Positions 27,681 to 36,769 are shown, numbered from the stretch's first letter. The stretch: 50,096 nucleotides of DNA from a virus (IMGVR_UViG_3300046738_000023:1-50096); one strand, 5' to 3'. Numbers and translations are program-made. Notes: a model not told the origin generated them from the letters alone.

Positions 27681-27832
27681 GGCGCGGCCTCGTCGTCGGC
27701 CGGCGGCGTCGCGTGCCAGTAATCATAGGCGCCGCAGCGACGACACGGAATCAGATCGGCGACGCCGTCCTCGTCGGCTGAGCGCGGATCGGCGACGTGG
27801 CCGGTGTCGTTGCAGTTGGAGCAGCAAGTCAT
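27677..27832 (-). CDS. Small Zn-finger protein (51 aa, not in the ORF track)
   Basis: MTCCSNCNDTG...IPCRRCG; AGGAG SD; overlaps on both sides. Confidence 0.6.
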   Translation of the reverse strand: MTCCSNCNDTGHVADPRSADEDGVADLIPCRRCGAYDYWHATPPADDEAAP

Positions 27833-28092
27833 GCGCGGCTCCTGTGGCAGCCCGCGTGGTAGATGCGCCCGTCAGCGGTGCGTGCGATCCGCTCGCGCGC
27901 GTCGATCGGGAACGTGCATGCGGGGCAGCACGTTGCAGGGCGCGGTGGGGTGGCCTTGGCGGCGAAGGCTTCACGGACGGCCGTGTCGATGCGGGCCGAG
28001 CGAAGCGCGTAGTCGCGGGGCGGGAGGGTCGAGAAGCGGGGCTGTCCAGTCGACGCCCCAGTCAGCGAGAAACCGACGAGTCGCGATGCCAT
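27829..28092 (-). CDS. First gene of the leftward operon; Zn-binding C-terminus
   Basis: CPAC...YHAGC; leaderless promoter directly upstream. Confidence 0.6.
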   Translation of the reverse strand: MASRLVGFSLTGASTGQPRFSTLPPRDYALRSARIDTAVREAFAAKATPPRPATCCPACTFPIDARERIARTADGRIYHAGCHRSRA

Positions 28093-28167
28093 GAATCCAG
28101 CATGGCACGCCTAGAACTAGGCATCAAGCGCCCCCGCATGGTACGCCTAGTAAAAGTTTAGCTAAAC
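28093..28167 (-). promoter_or_regulatory. Leftward early promoter with operator-like palindrome
   Basis: TTGATG (28122-28127) N17 CATGCT (28099-28104), 6 nt, ATG; GCCTAG-AA-CTAGGC at 28109-28122; GCATGG(C/T)ACGCCTAG at 28100 and 28136. Confidence 0.7.
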
Positions 28168-28182
28168 ACGCTGAATTGCCAG

Positions 28183-28425
28183 TCATCCCGCGCGTTTGCA
28201 TACATTTCGCGCACGACGGGCTGACACGATGGTTTTCCGCTGGCTGCGCCTCGGGACCTGCCGTAAACACGCCACCAGACCGTCGAAGTCGTCGGCGTCT
28301 GGCACGTATCCCCGGGGCCATCGCCACGTCATCAGCGCCATGCGAAGCCACGGCACGAGGCCGCGACCAGCACGGGTTTTCAGGTACAACTCCGACGCTT
28401 TATGGGCTGTGTTGAGTTGCGTCAT
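28183..28425 (-). CDS. Small protein resembling the repressor C-terminal domain
   Basis: PRGYVPDADDFDGLVACL versus repressor PSDYEPNLQNYMVLHSFM; start uncertain (28425 or 28488). Confidence 0.5.
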   Translation of the reverse strand: MTQLNTAHKASELYLKTRAGRGLVPWLRMALMTWRWPRGYVPDADDFDGLVACLRQVPRRSQRKTIVSARRARNVCKRAG

Positions 28426-28533
28426 GGGCCGTTGTGCAAGGACGCTCACACAGAACCAGCCGCAGAACCAGCCGCTGTTTTCCGCCACTTGAGACGGGTT
28501 GTGCGGCGCTGTCGGGCCGTCGCGCGCAAGCTG

Positions 28534-29007
28534 CTAGCTGCGCCCACGCTTCTTACGCCTGAGCCCAGTCATGAAGCTGTGGAGCACCATGTAGTTCTGG
28601 AGATTCGGTTCGTAGTCGCTTGGCACTTTCAATGGGAACGTGCGGATGGTCTCTAGGCCCCCCTCGGGGAGCGCTTCGAGCTCCTCGGGATGCTCATCGA
28701 GCCACGCCTGGTACTGCTGGAATGCTGGATACGTGGCGACAGCGTCCGCGTCGTGCCCGTAGGCGATGAAGCCCGGATCAACAGAGAAGAAACTAGCCAG
28801 TTTCTCGATATTTTTGATCGAGATCACCTTGCCGAGTTCCCAGCGGCTGACGGTTCCCGAGTCCACTCCGAGCTTCTGGGCGAGGCTGGCTTGCGTGAGC
28901 TTCTTGCGGCCATCGCGCACCTTGTAGCGTTCGCGCAGGGCTTTGATGCGCTCGCCGCGAGGTACGTCTTCCTTCGCGAGTGTCATGGTGCGCCGATACT
29001 GCACCAT
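28534..29007 (-). CDS. cI: CI-like XRE HTH repressor (start may be 28986)
   Basis: LTQASLAQKLGVDSGTVSRWELG; divergent from a second HTH gene; no S24 peptidase domain. Confidence 0.85.
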   Translation of the reverse strand: MVQYRRTMTLAKEDVPRGERIKALRERYKVRDGRKKLTQASLAQKLGVDSGTVSRWELGKVISIKNIEKLASFFSVDPGFIAYGHDADAVATYPAFQQYQAWLDEHPEELEALPEGGLETIRTFPLKVPSDYEPNLQNYMVLHSFMTGLRRKKRGRS

Positions 29008-29033
29008 GTGCGTATAGCGCGCATGAGCACGCC

Positions 29034-29120
29034 ACGCCTAGTCCTTTGAAGAAGCCGCAGGAAGTCGCTTCGCGGCCGTCGCGCCTTGACAGCCTAGGCG
29101 CGACACACCTAGGCTTGACA
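29034..29120 (+). promoter_or_regulatory. Rightward promoter/operator region
   Basis: TTGACA (29086) N18 TAGGCT; inverted repeat AGCCTAGGCG-N5-CACCTAGGCT at 29091-29115; ACGCCTAG at 29034. Confidence 0.65.
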
Positions 29121-29130
29121 TGCGTACTCA

Positions 29131-29424
29131 ATGGACTCGATCCGAGCAAGGTTCAAGCATGTGCGACGACTTCGCGGACTCACGCAGCGCGAAGTCGCTA
29201 GCTCCTTCAACGTCGACACCGGGACCGTCTACCGCTGGGAGAGCGGTACGTCGCCACTGACGTTGCCCACCTTGGAAGCTGCTTCCGCTCTGTTCAGCGT
29301 GAACCGAGTGTGGCTCGTGTTCGGCGAGGGCGACGGCCCGCACTACCTCCCGAGTGACCCGCCGCCGGGTTCCATGGAGGACGACGAGCCGCCGGCGACC
29401 GACTCCGCTGAGGGCGCCGCATGA
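29131..29424 (+). CDS. cro: Cro-like XRE HTH regulator
   Basis: GLTQREVASSFNVDTGTVYRWESG. Confidence 0.8.
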   Translation: MDSIRARFKHVRRLRGLTQREVASSFNVDTGTVYRWESGTSPLTLPTLEAASALFSVNRVWLVFGEGDGPHYLPSDPPPGSMEDDEPPATDSAEGAA

Positions 29425-29497
29425 TCGGCTCCGCGCGCCAGCACCAGCTCGTCACCGCCGTCGGCCTCGAGCTCCGTCGTCATGAGCAGGAGGCTGC

Positions 29498-29884
29498 GTG
29501 ATCACTCCACCGCCACCGCGCTGCGTCGTGCTCGAGTCGCCGTACGGCAGTGAGCACCCTGCCATTATTGCTCACAACGCTCGCTATGCCGAGGCGGCCA
29601 TGGCCGACAGCCTGGCTCGTGGTGAGGCGCCGTTCCTTGGGCACCTGCTTTACACGCGCGTGCTCGACGACCGCAATCTCGCGCAGCGTGCTGCCGGCAT
29701 CGCAGCGCACCTCGCCTGGGTTGAGCTCGCAACCGCAATGGTCGTGTACGTCGACCTCGGAGTGACTCCGGGGATGGTGAAGGCCGTCGCGTTCGCAATG
29801 GCTAAGCACCTGCCGATCGAGCACCGCGCACTCGGCGGGGAATGGGCGCCGCAGTCCGAGGAGACACCCGACACGAAGCGCTGA
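29498..29884 (+). CDS. Nucleoside-deoxyribosyltransferase-like protein (DUF4406/DUF7768-like)
   Basis: ESPY.G, GEAP..HLLY..VLDD and VYVDLGVTPGM motifs. Confidence 0.7.
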   Translation: MITPPPPRCVVLESPYGSEHPAIIAHNARYAEAAMADSLARGEAPFLGHLLYTRVLDDRNLAQRAAGIAAHLAWVELATAMVVYVDLGVTPGMVKAVAFAMAKHLPIEHRALGGEWAPQSEETPDTKR

Positions 29885-29961
29885 GCGCGCACGCACAGAC
29901 ACCGATCACGGCGCGCAAGTTCTGGCGCCTGCCACCCGAACCCAGAAGGAGAGGAGCGCAG

Positions 29962-30399
29962 ATGCCAGAACAAGATATCGAAACGCGCGAGCTGCCGTGC
30001 GAGCTCAACCAGACAGAGCTGCTCGCCCGCGGCGACGCGATGGCGGACGCCGAGCTCGAGATCGAGCGGTACAAGCTCGAGCGCAGTGCCGTGGCCGACA
30101 AGATCAAGGCCAAGCGTGCAGAACGTCGCAAGCTCGCCGGCGTGGTCGACACGGGCGTTGAGCAGCGTGACGTGCGCTGCGTGTGGATCGAGGACTTCGC
30201 GCATAACTGCTACCGGCTGATCCGCCAGGACACCGGTGCCGAGGTCGACACGCGGGCCATGACTGCGCACGACAGGCAGGAGGGGCTGTTCAACGTTGAC
30301 GAGGACGCCGTCGAGCACGAGCCGAGGATGCGGCGGCATGTTGATCCGGATCCGGACGCGCCGGCTGCCGCGCACGCACGTCGAGGAATGGACGCGTAG
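29962..30399 (+). CDS. Hypothetical phage protein
   Basis: GAGGAG SD; R.DTG..V..R.MT..DRQ..LF ending. Confidence 0.7.
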   Translation: MPEQDIETRELPCELNQTELLARGDAMADAELEIERYKLERSAVADKIKAKRAERRKLAGVVDTGVEQRDVRCVWIEDFAHNCYRLIRQDTGAEVDTRAMTAHDRQEGLFNVDEDAVEHEPRMRRHVDPDPDAPAAAHARRGMDA

Positions 30400-30402
30400 G
30401 GC

Positions 30403-31578
30403 ATGAAGATCCCGCTCACGGACATTCGAGTTGGCCGTCGCCACCGCAAGGACATGGGCGATCTCGATGCCCTGCTCGAGTCCGTGCGCACGCTCGGCAT
30501 GCTGCAGCCGATCGGGATCACACCGGAGAAGCAACTGGTGTTCGGACAGCGCCGGTTGAAGGTTGCCAAGGCGCTGGGCTGGGAGACGATCGAGGCGCGC
30601 CTGGTGCGCGTCGACGCGCTTATTGCCGAGCGGGACGAGAACGAGATCCGCAAGGAGTTCGCGCCCAGCGAGCGCGTTTCGATCGTCGAGGCCATCCGCG
30701 AGCGCATCGGCAAGCGGCAGGGCCACCGGACGGATCGACTTCCGGATAAGTATCCGGAAGTTCCGCCCGGCACAGAGACCCGCGAGTTCGCCGCTGCGGG
30801 TGGCGGCTTTGAGAGCGACTTCACCTACCGCCAGGCCAAGGCTGTGGTGGAAGGCGGCGTGCCCGAGTTGGTGCGCGCCATGGACAAGGGGGTGCTGTCG
30901 ATCAGCGCTGCGGCCAAGTTGGCAGAGCGCCCCCAGGCCGACCAGCAGCGCGTCGCGACAGCCGTGCTGAGCGGCGAGGATGCCCGCAACGCCATGCGCG
31001 AGCTGCACCGCGACGAGCGGATCGCACGGCTCGCACAGATCGTGAAGGGCAACGCCGGTCTCAACGGCGGCGTCGGACTGCACCCGATCATCTACGCCGA
31101 CCCGCCGTGGCGCTACGAGCACGCTGAGTCGGCCACGCGCGAGATCGAGAACCAGTACCCGACGATGGAGCTCGACGAGATCTGCGCATTGCCAGTGGCG
31201 GAGGTGTGCACCGACGACGCGGTGCTGTTTCTGTGGGCGACGTCGCCCAAGCTCGCCGAGGCGCTGCGCGTCGTCGAAGCGTGGGGCTTCACGTACCGGA
31301 CGTGCATGGTTTGGGACAAGGAGCGCATAGGCATGGGCTACTACGCCCGCCAGCAGCACGAGCTCCTGCTGATCGCCACCAAGGGAGAGCCGCCTGCACC
31401 GCCGCCCGAGGCACGCCCGGCAAGCGTCATACGGGAGCCGCGCGGTGGGCACAGCCGCAAGCCCGAGTGTTTCTACGAGATCATCGAGCGGATGTACGGG
31501 CCGCTGGCCAAGCTCGAACTGTTCTGTCGTACGCCGCGTCCGGGCTGGAAGGTGTGGGGCAACCAAAGTGCTGCATGA
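30403..31578 (+). CDS. ParB-like domain fused to MT-A70 family N6-adenine methyltransferase
   Basis: GMLQPI..G.RRL ParB box; IYADPPW, LFLWAT, GMGYY.R.QHE, HSRKP and ELF.R motifs. Confidence 0.9.
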   Translation: MKIPLTDIRVGRRHRKDMGDLDALLESVRTLGMLQPIGITPEKQLVFGQRRLKVAKALGWETIEARLVRVDALIAERDENEIRKEFAPSERVSIVEAIRERIGKRQGHRTDRLPDKYPEVPPGTETREFAAAGGGFESDFTYRQAKAVVEGGVPELVRAMDKGVLSISAAAKLAERPQADQQRVATAVLSGEDARNAMRELHRDERIARLAQIVKGNAGLNGGVGLHPIIYADPPWRYEHAESATREIENQYPTMELDEICALPVAEVCTDDAVLFLWATSPKLAEALRVVEAWGFTYRTCMVWDKERIGMGYYARQQHELLLIATKGEPPAPPPEARPASVIREPRGGHSRKPECFYEIIERMYGPLAKLELFCRTPRPGWKVWGNQSAA

Positions 31579-32260
31579 CTTTGACGAATGCCTCGAGTTT
31601 TCTAGGTCCCCGCGTGTCCGCGCATTCATGGAGCGCGTCTACCGCGACTACTGGCCTGACCATCAAGGTGTGCTCTCAAACGATGTGCACAACGACGCCC
31701 AGCACGCGGGGGCGGACAGGCTGATCTACCTCTGGAGCGCGAAGCCGCTGTCCATCGAGGAGAAGATCCGCAGAGGGTTTTGGAGGGACGTGCTGCTCGA
31801 GTTCATATCGAACAGCGTCACAAAGGCGCCGGGGTGGGTCACGAAGAAGAACGGCAACGACTTCCTCGTGTATGCGCTGCCCGAGATGGGGCGGTACCGG
31901 ATGCTGCCGCAAGAGCCACTGTACCAGCTCTGGAGAAAGAGGGGCGCGCAGTGGACGAAGTGGGCCGAAACTGAGTACGGAGGTTTCAAGATCAGGGAGA
32001 GCGGGACCCGCGGATCGAACGGCGGCTACAAGTCGCAATCGGTTGCGGTGCCTGAGCACGTCATGGTCGCTGAGTTCGGCCGCGCGTGCCTGCGGACGAT
32101 CCTCCCGGCGCGCGCTGATGAAGTCGTCGACGCCTCCACAGTCGTTTCGAAAGCCAGTCGGGAGCCAGGGCCGGGGCTCGTGTCCCTCAGGCCGACAAGC
32201 CCGCAGCTCGAACTGCCCGGGATCAAAGACGCCCGCACGCGCCGTCGGGGGGTCGCTTGA
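31568..32260 (+). CDS. PD-(D/E)XK restriction-endonuclease-like protein
   Basis: Q..G.D...IEEK.R....D.LLE..S....PGW pattern; overlaps the methylase gene. Confidence 0.6.
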   Translation: MLHDFDECLEFSRSPRVRAFMERVYRDYWPDHQGVLSNDVHNDAQHAGADRLIYLWSAKPLSIEEKIRRGFWRDVLLEFISNSVTKAPGWVTKKNGNDFLVYALPEMGRYRMLPQEPLYQLWRKRGAQWTKWAETEYGGFKIRESGTRGSNGGYKSQSVAVPEHVMVAEFGRACLRTILPARADEVVDASTVVSKASREPGPGLVSLRPTSPQLELPGIKDARTRRRGVA

Positions 32261-33285
32261 TGACCTGGGTCCGCATCGACGACAAGGCCACGCAGCATCC
32301 GAAGCTTCTAAGAGCCGGAGCGGAGGGCGTGTGCCTGTGGCTTGCGGGGCTCTGCCACTGCAACTCGTTCGCCACCGACGGGGTGATTCAGAAGGCGTTC
32401 GTCGACGCGCTTTACCCGCTTCCGCGCGGGAGAGCGCGACGATTGGCGGCTCGACTCGTCGAGATTGGGCTCTGGAAGGACGCGGGAGCGAGCTTTGTTG
32501 TCCACGACTACGAGCGATATCAGGCCGAGGCAAGGAAGGAGGAAGCGGAGGCGAAAGCGGCCGAGTTCGAGGCGCGAAGGCGGCGCGACCGAGAGCGCAA
32601 AAGAGCCTCCCGCGCGGGAAAACAGGGTGATCACCCCTCCGATGTCCAGGCTTTGTCCGCGCGGACAAACCGGACATGTCCCACCGGACAAGTGCCGGGA
32701 CAGTCCGCGGACTGTCCAGGCTCTGTCCCTCGCGCGCGCGATCACGCGCCCGCGGGCGTCTCCCGTCCCGTCCCGTCCCGTCCCGATCTAGATCTGAGAG
32801 GGGGTGCTGAGCCCGGTGTCCTAGTTGCTGCGACCGATGGTGGGAGCAACAGCCACACCACCCCCCCCGATCTCGAAGCTTCACAAAAACTCACAATCGC
32901 CCAAGCCGAGCAGAGCCGTGAAGGCGATGGCGGAGCGCCACCTGCTTGGGTGCGTCTCTGGGAGATCTGGGAAGAGCTCGCCGGCGAAGGCGAGGGCAGT
33001 TGCGGCAGTCAGTGGCCTCACCGCGATCGGTTGAGCGTTGCTTATCGCTCGTGCTGCAAGCGCGACGCTGACGATCCGGAAGGCTTCTGGCGTCGCATGG
33101 TTGCCGCGTTCGTTGCGTGCAAGCGCGCGAGCAACGGCGGCCGCGTGAACCTGCAGTTCCTCTGCGCCGACTTCGCCGACTGGGCCGAACAGGTTTCACG
33201 TGGAACCTCGACGACGCCAAGCAACGGCTCGCTCGGCGCTGCCTACCTGCCGTTTCCCGAACTACCGCCGAGGCCAAAGTCATGA
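32260..33285 (+). CDS. Replication initiator / replisome organiser
   Basis: MTWVRIDD...HPK and HDY..YQ motifs; internal repeats; upstream of DnaB. Confidence 0.8.
   Translation: MTWVRIDDKATQHPKLLRAGAEGVCLWLAGLCHCNSFATDGVIQKAFVDALYPLPRGRARRLAARLVEIGLWKDAGASFVVHDYERYQAEARKEEAEAKAAEFEARRRRDRERKRASRAGKQGDHPSDVQALSARTNRTCPTGQVPGQSADCPGSVPRARDHAPAGVSRPVPSRPDLDLRGGAEPGVLVAATDGGSNSHTTPPDLEASQKLTIAQAEQSREGDGGAPPAWVRLWEIWEELAGEGEGSCGSQWPHRDRLSVAYRSCCKRDADDPEGFWRRMVAAFVACKRASNGGRVNLQFLCADFADWAEQVSRGTSTTPSNGSLGAAYLPFPELPPRPKS
32643..32785. other. Putative replication origin (GGACA/TGTCC iterons)
   Basis: Perfect palindromes at 32652-32669, 32672-32681 and 32698-32717; (TCCCG)n run from 32761. Confidence 0.65.
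33191..33208. promoter_or_regulatory. parS-like site AGGTTTCACGTGGAACCT
   Basis: Core matches the bacterial chromosomal parS GTTnCACGTGnAAC. Confidence 0.6.
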
Positions 33286-33527
33286 CTCGAGCCGAGCTCA
33301 CGGCCGCCGAGTTCGAGGCCAACGCGCACGAAGCGTTCATTGCGCTGCGCGAGCACCTCACCGCCGCCGAGTTCGAGTTCGTGCTGCGCGTGTTTCACGA
33401 ACACTATGAACGCGCGGCGCTGCTCGTCGCTTCGCGTCGCGGCGAATGGCTGTCGCACAAGCAGTTCGCGCTGTTCTTCCTGGACGTGGCCAAGCGGATC
33501 GATCGCGAGGGAGGCACGCCGTCATGA
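33282..33527 (+). CDS. Hypothetical protein
   Basis: ATGA overlaps on both sides. Confidence 0.55.
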   Translation: MTRAELTAAEFEANAHEAFIALREHLTAAEFEFVLRVFHEHYERAALLVASRRGEWLSHKQFALFFLDVAKRIDREGGTPS

Positions 33528-34951
33528 GCGACATGTCTCGCGGCCTGAACTTCCCGCACGACGACAACGCCGAGCGCGCAGTGCTTGGCTCCGTGCTGCT
33601 CGACGCACGCGAATGCTGGCCCGCAGCTTCCGAGCTCTTGCGCTCAAGTGACTTCTTCGCGACGCGTCACAGCGAGATCTGGCGCGCCATGTCAGCGCTC
33701 ATGCAGTCGGGCAGCGCGATCGATCTCGTGCTCTTGCAAGGCCAGCTCGTGACAGCCGGCAAGCTCGAGCTCGCCGGTGGCGATGAGTACTTGCTGTCGC
33801 TCACCGAGACGATCCCGACGACGCACAACACCACCCTCCTGGCCAAGCGCGTGCACGACTTGGCATTGATCCGCGAAGTCATGCGCGGCGCGCTCAGGCT
33901 CGCGGCAGAAGGGGGCGAGCCGATCGACGACGTTGCGGACTACCTCGACCGCGCGAGTACGGCGCTGAGTTCGATCACGGATCGCCGCGCTACCCAGCTC
34001 GACGTCACGTCGATCAGCGACGCGCTGCACAAGAGCTACAGCGATCTCACGCGCCGGCAGCTCGAGGGCCAATCGCTGCTCGGCCACTCGACGGGCCTGC
34101 GAGCGCTCGATCACGCGTGCAGCGGTTTTGTGCCGGGCGATCTGATTGTGATCGCGGGCCGCCCGGGCATGGGCAAAACTTCGCTGGCCAACGAGATCAA
34201 GCTCGGGATCGTGCGCAGCACCGGGCAGGCTGTGCTGTCGCTCGAACTGGAAATGAGCGGCGAGCAGCTCACGCACCGCGTGCTCGCGTCCGAAGGCGGC
34301 GTGAACCTGCGCCACATTCGCTCGGCGCAGTTGAGCAGCGACGAGCTGCGGCAGTTGGCGATCACCGCCGACGAGCTCTCGCGGCTGCCGTTGTTTTTCA
34401 TCGAGCGCCGGCTCACGCGCGTGTCTGAACTACGCGTCGCAGCGCGTCGCTTGCAGGCTGAGCGCGGCCAGCTCGGCGCGATCGTGTTCGACTACTTGCA
34501 GATCGGCCGCCCCGAGCGAAGCCATGCCCAGCGCGAGCGCGAGGTGGCGAGCATCAGCGCCGATCTGAAGTCGCTCGCCGGCGAATTCCGCTGCCCGGTG
34601 TTCGCGCTCAGTCAGCTCAACCGCAGCGTCGAGTCGCGCTCAGGCCACGAGCGTCGGCCACGGCTATCAGACTTGCGCGAGAGCGGCGCGATCGAGCAGG
34701 ACGCCGACACGGTGATCTTTGTGCACCGCGAGGAAGTCTACGACCCCAAGACGCCGCTGCAGGGTATCGCCGAGCTGATCATCGCCAAGCAGCGCAGCGG
34801 CCCGCTCGGCACCATCCAACTCTCCTGGCAGGGGGCGTTCACGCGCTTTGGCAACCTGGGGCCGCAGCACGATCACGAGCAGCAGGAGTCGTTCGGCTAC
34901 GACGAACCGCAGCAACCACCACACCGCAGCAACGGGAGAGCCCACCCATGA
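33524..34951 (+). CDS. dnaB: Replicative DNA helicase
   Basis: AERAVLG, GRPGMGKT, DYLQ, LSQLNR and LSDLRESGAIEQDAD motifs. Confidence 0.95.
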   Translation: MSDMSRGLNFPHDDNAERAVLGSVLLDARECWPAASELLRSSDFFATRHSEIWRAMSALMQSGSAIDLVLLQGQLVTAGKLELAGGDEYLLSLTETIPTTHNTTLLAKRVHDLALIREVMRGALRLAAEGGEPIDDVADYLDRASTALSSITDRRATQLDVTSISDALHKSYSDLTRRQLEGQSLLGHSTGLRALDHACSGFVPGDLIVIAGRPGMGKTSLANEIKLGIVRSTGQAVLSLELEMSGEQLTHRVLASEGGVNLRHIRSAQLSSDELRQLAITADELSRLPLFFIERRLTRVSELRVAARRLQAERGQLGAIVFDYLQIGRPERSHAQREREVASISADLKSLAGEFRCPVFALSQLNRSVESRSGHERRPRLSDLRESGAIEQDADTVIFVHREEVYDPKTPLQGIAELIIAKQRSGPLGTIQLSWQGAFTRFGNLGPQHDHEQQESFGYDEPQQPPHRSNGRAHP

Positions 34952-35274
34952 GCAAGAGTCGGCACGCGGAGTTCATCGAGCGCACAGGACAGCTGCCGCA
35001 GACGTGCATGCACGCGGTCATCGCCGAGCTCAGCGGCTCCGGGGAGGCTGCGCTCGCGGCGGAGCTGGAGTTGCTGCGGCAGCAGTGGTCGCGGGCCGTG
35101 CGGCGGCGCCTGAGCACGTGCCCGCCGGTGAGTGCACGCAAGCGCCTCGAGGACGCGCTCTTGCGTTGCGAGGCGGCGGTGTTCGCGGAGCACGCCGAGC
35201 AGTTGGCAATCGAGCGCGAAGGCGCTCACGCCGCGGTCGCAGCGCTCCGAACGGAGGGCGACAATGCCAGCTGA
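34948..35274 (+). CDS. Hypothetical protein
   Basis: Coupled ORF. Confidence 0.55.
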   Translation: MSKSRHAEFIERTGQLPQTCMHAVIAELSGSGEAALAAELELLRQQWSRAVRRRLSTCPPVSARKRLEDALLRCEAAVFAEHAEQLAIEREGAHAAVAALRTEGDNAS

Positions 35275-35419
35275 TCGCGAGTGGTGCCTGGACTGCACCG
35301 CCGACCTCGAGACTGACGGCGTCACGTGGCGTTGCAGGCCGTGCGGTCGTGGCGGGCGGTACATGATCGCGCCCAACGGCTGGCGCGTGCGGGTTGTCAC
35401 CAAGCAGGTGGCCGCATGA
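35264..35419 (+). CDS. Small Zn-ribbon protein
   Basis: CLDC...CRPCG; GGAGG SD. Confidence 0.5.
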   Translation: MPADREWCLDCTADLETDGVTWRCRPCGRGGRYMIAPNGWRVRVVTKQVAA

Positions 35420-36057
35420 GTGAGCCCGCCCGCGACCTCTTCGACGAGCCGCTCGAGCCCGCGGCCACCTGGCGCGCGCCACTGCTCGGCGAGTGCGTGC
35501 TCGGGATCGATCCGTCGCTCACCGGCTTTGCGATCTGCTACTCGGTGCCGGGCAAGGCGCTGATCGAGGGCAGGTGGGCAAGCAAGCCCTGCGACGGCGT
35601 GCGGCCCAGACTCGCCCGCTACGAGCAGCTCATTCGCGGCACGCTCGAGATCGTGCTCGCGCAGCAGCCGTCGCTGATTCTGATCGAGGCGTACGCGTAC
35701 GGCGCACGCGGCGGCATGCAGTTCGATCGCACCGAGCTCGGCGGCGTTCTTCGGCTCGAGCTCATCCGCCGCACCGAGGTCGAGGTGCCGATCATCGAGC
35801 CGACGCCGAGCACACTGAAGAAGTTCACGACAGGCAGTGGGCTCGCCACCAAAGACGCCATGGTGAGCACGCTCGCGAAGAAGCACCAGCGCGTGTTTCG
35901 CACCGACGACGCGGCCGACGCGTTCGCGTTGTGTCAGCTCGGCCTCGCGCTCACCGGGCAAGTACCCGCGCCGTCCACCAAGCCCGAGCGGCTGTACTTG
36001 GCGAAGCTGCGCAAGGACTTCGGCTTGGAGCGCGCGGCCTCGGGAGGTGCAAGGTGA
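35416..36057 (+). CDS. RuvC-like Holliday junction resolvase
   Basis: LGIDPSLTG, LIE.Y, LKKF.TGSG.A.K and DD.ADA motifs. Confidence 0.85.
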   Translation: MSEPARDLFDEPLEPAATWRAPLLGECVLGIDPSLTGFAICYSVPGKALIEGRWASKPCDGVRPRLARYEQLIRGTLEIVLAQQPSLILIEAYAYGARGGMQFDRTELGGVLRLELIRRTEVEVPIIEPTPSTLKKFTTGSGLATKDAMVSTLAKKHQRVFRTDDAADAFALCQLGLALTGQVPAPSTKPERLYLAKLRKDFGLERAASGGAR

Positions 36058-36314
36058 CCTGTCGCATGATCGATCTCGGCAACGGTGACTTCGCCATCGC
36101 TTGCAGCCGTGGCAGCCGTCGCTGCAAGGAGTGCGGCGCGCGAGCCAGCAAACAATGCGACTGGCATCTCAAGGGCGTCCTGGCCGGCAAGACATGTGAC
36201 GCCGATCTCTGCTTGAGGTGCGCGATCAAGGTGGGGCCTGACCGTGACTACTGCGGAGCGCATTGGCGAGCACATCAGGCGTGGAGCAAGTCGGCAACGG
36301 GAGGTGCGCGATGA
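36054..36314 (+). CDS. Cys-rich Zn-finger protein
   Basis: CKEC, CD and TCDA.LC..C...DYC..H. Confidence 0.65.
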   Translation: MTCRMIDLGNGDFAIACSRGSRRCKECGARASKQCDWHLKGVLAGKTCDADLCLRCAIKVGPDRDYCGAHWRAHQAWSKSATGGAR

Positions 36315-36769
36315 GCACGGGCACGTCTAAGTGGAACCACGGCGAGGCGTTCTGCCTCATGACCTACCGTACCAAGACGGGCAAGGCCGAGGAGGTGATC
36401 TGGAACTCTCGCGACGGCGTGACCCCGTTCATCATCTACTCGCTCGACGGGCAGCAGCTAGAGCATGTCGAGTGGCAGCGCGACCGCTGCGTGCCGACAT
36501 TCATCCCGCCCATTGGCTCCCGCGCGTTCATCACGCAGACCCGAGAAGGTGCGCGGGCAGCAGCAGAGCGCATCGTGTTGCGTAAGTGGGGCGATGCGGA
36601 CTGGGTTGCCGGGTACGGCTTCACGTCCCGCGAGCACGCTGTCGAGAGGCTCGCTCACACCCTCTACGGCGCCGGCGACCAACCGGCCATCATCGTCGTC
36701 GACGAAGCCTTCCAAGCCGAGTGTCGCAAGCGCTTCGACAACTCGCTCGAGGAGGCGCGCCATGGCTGA
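36311..36769 (+). CDS. Hypothetical phage protein
   Basis: EAFCLM.Y and IWNSRDGVTPF; GGAGG SD. Confidence 0.7.
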   Translation: MSTGTSKWNHGEAFCLMTYRTKTGKAEEVIWNSRDGVTPFIIYSLDGQQLEHVEWQRDRCVPTFIPPIGSRAFITQTREGARAAAERIVLRKWGDADWVAGYGFTSREHAVERLAHTLYGAGDQPAIIVVDEAFQAECRKRFDNSLEEARHG

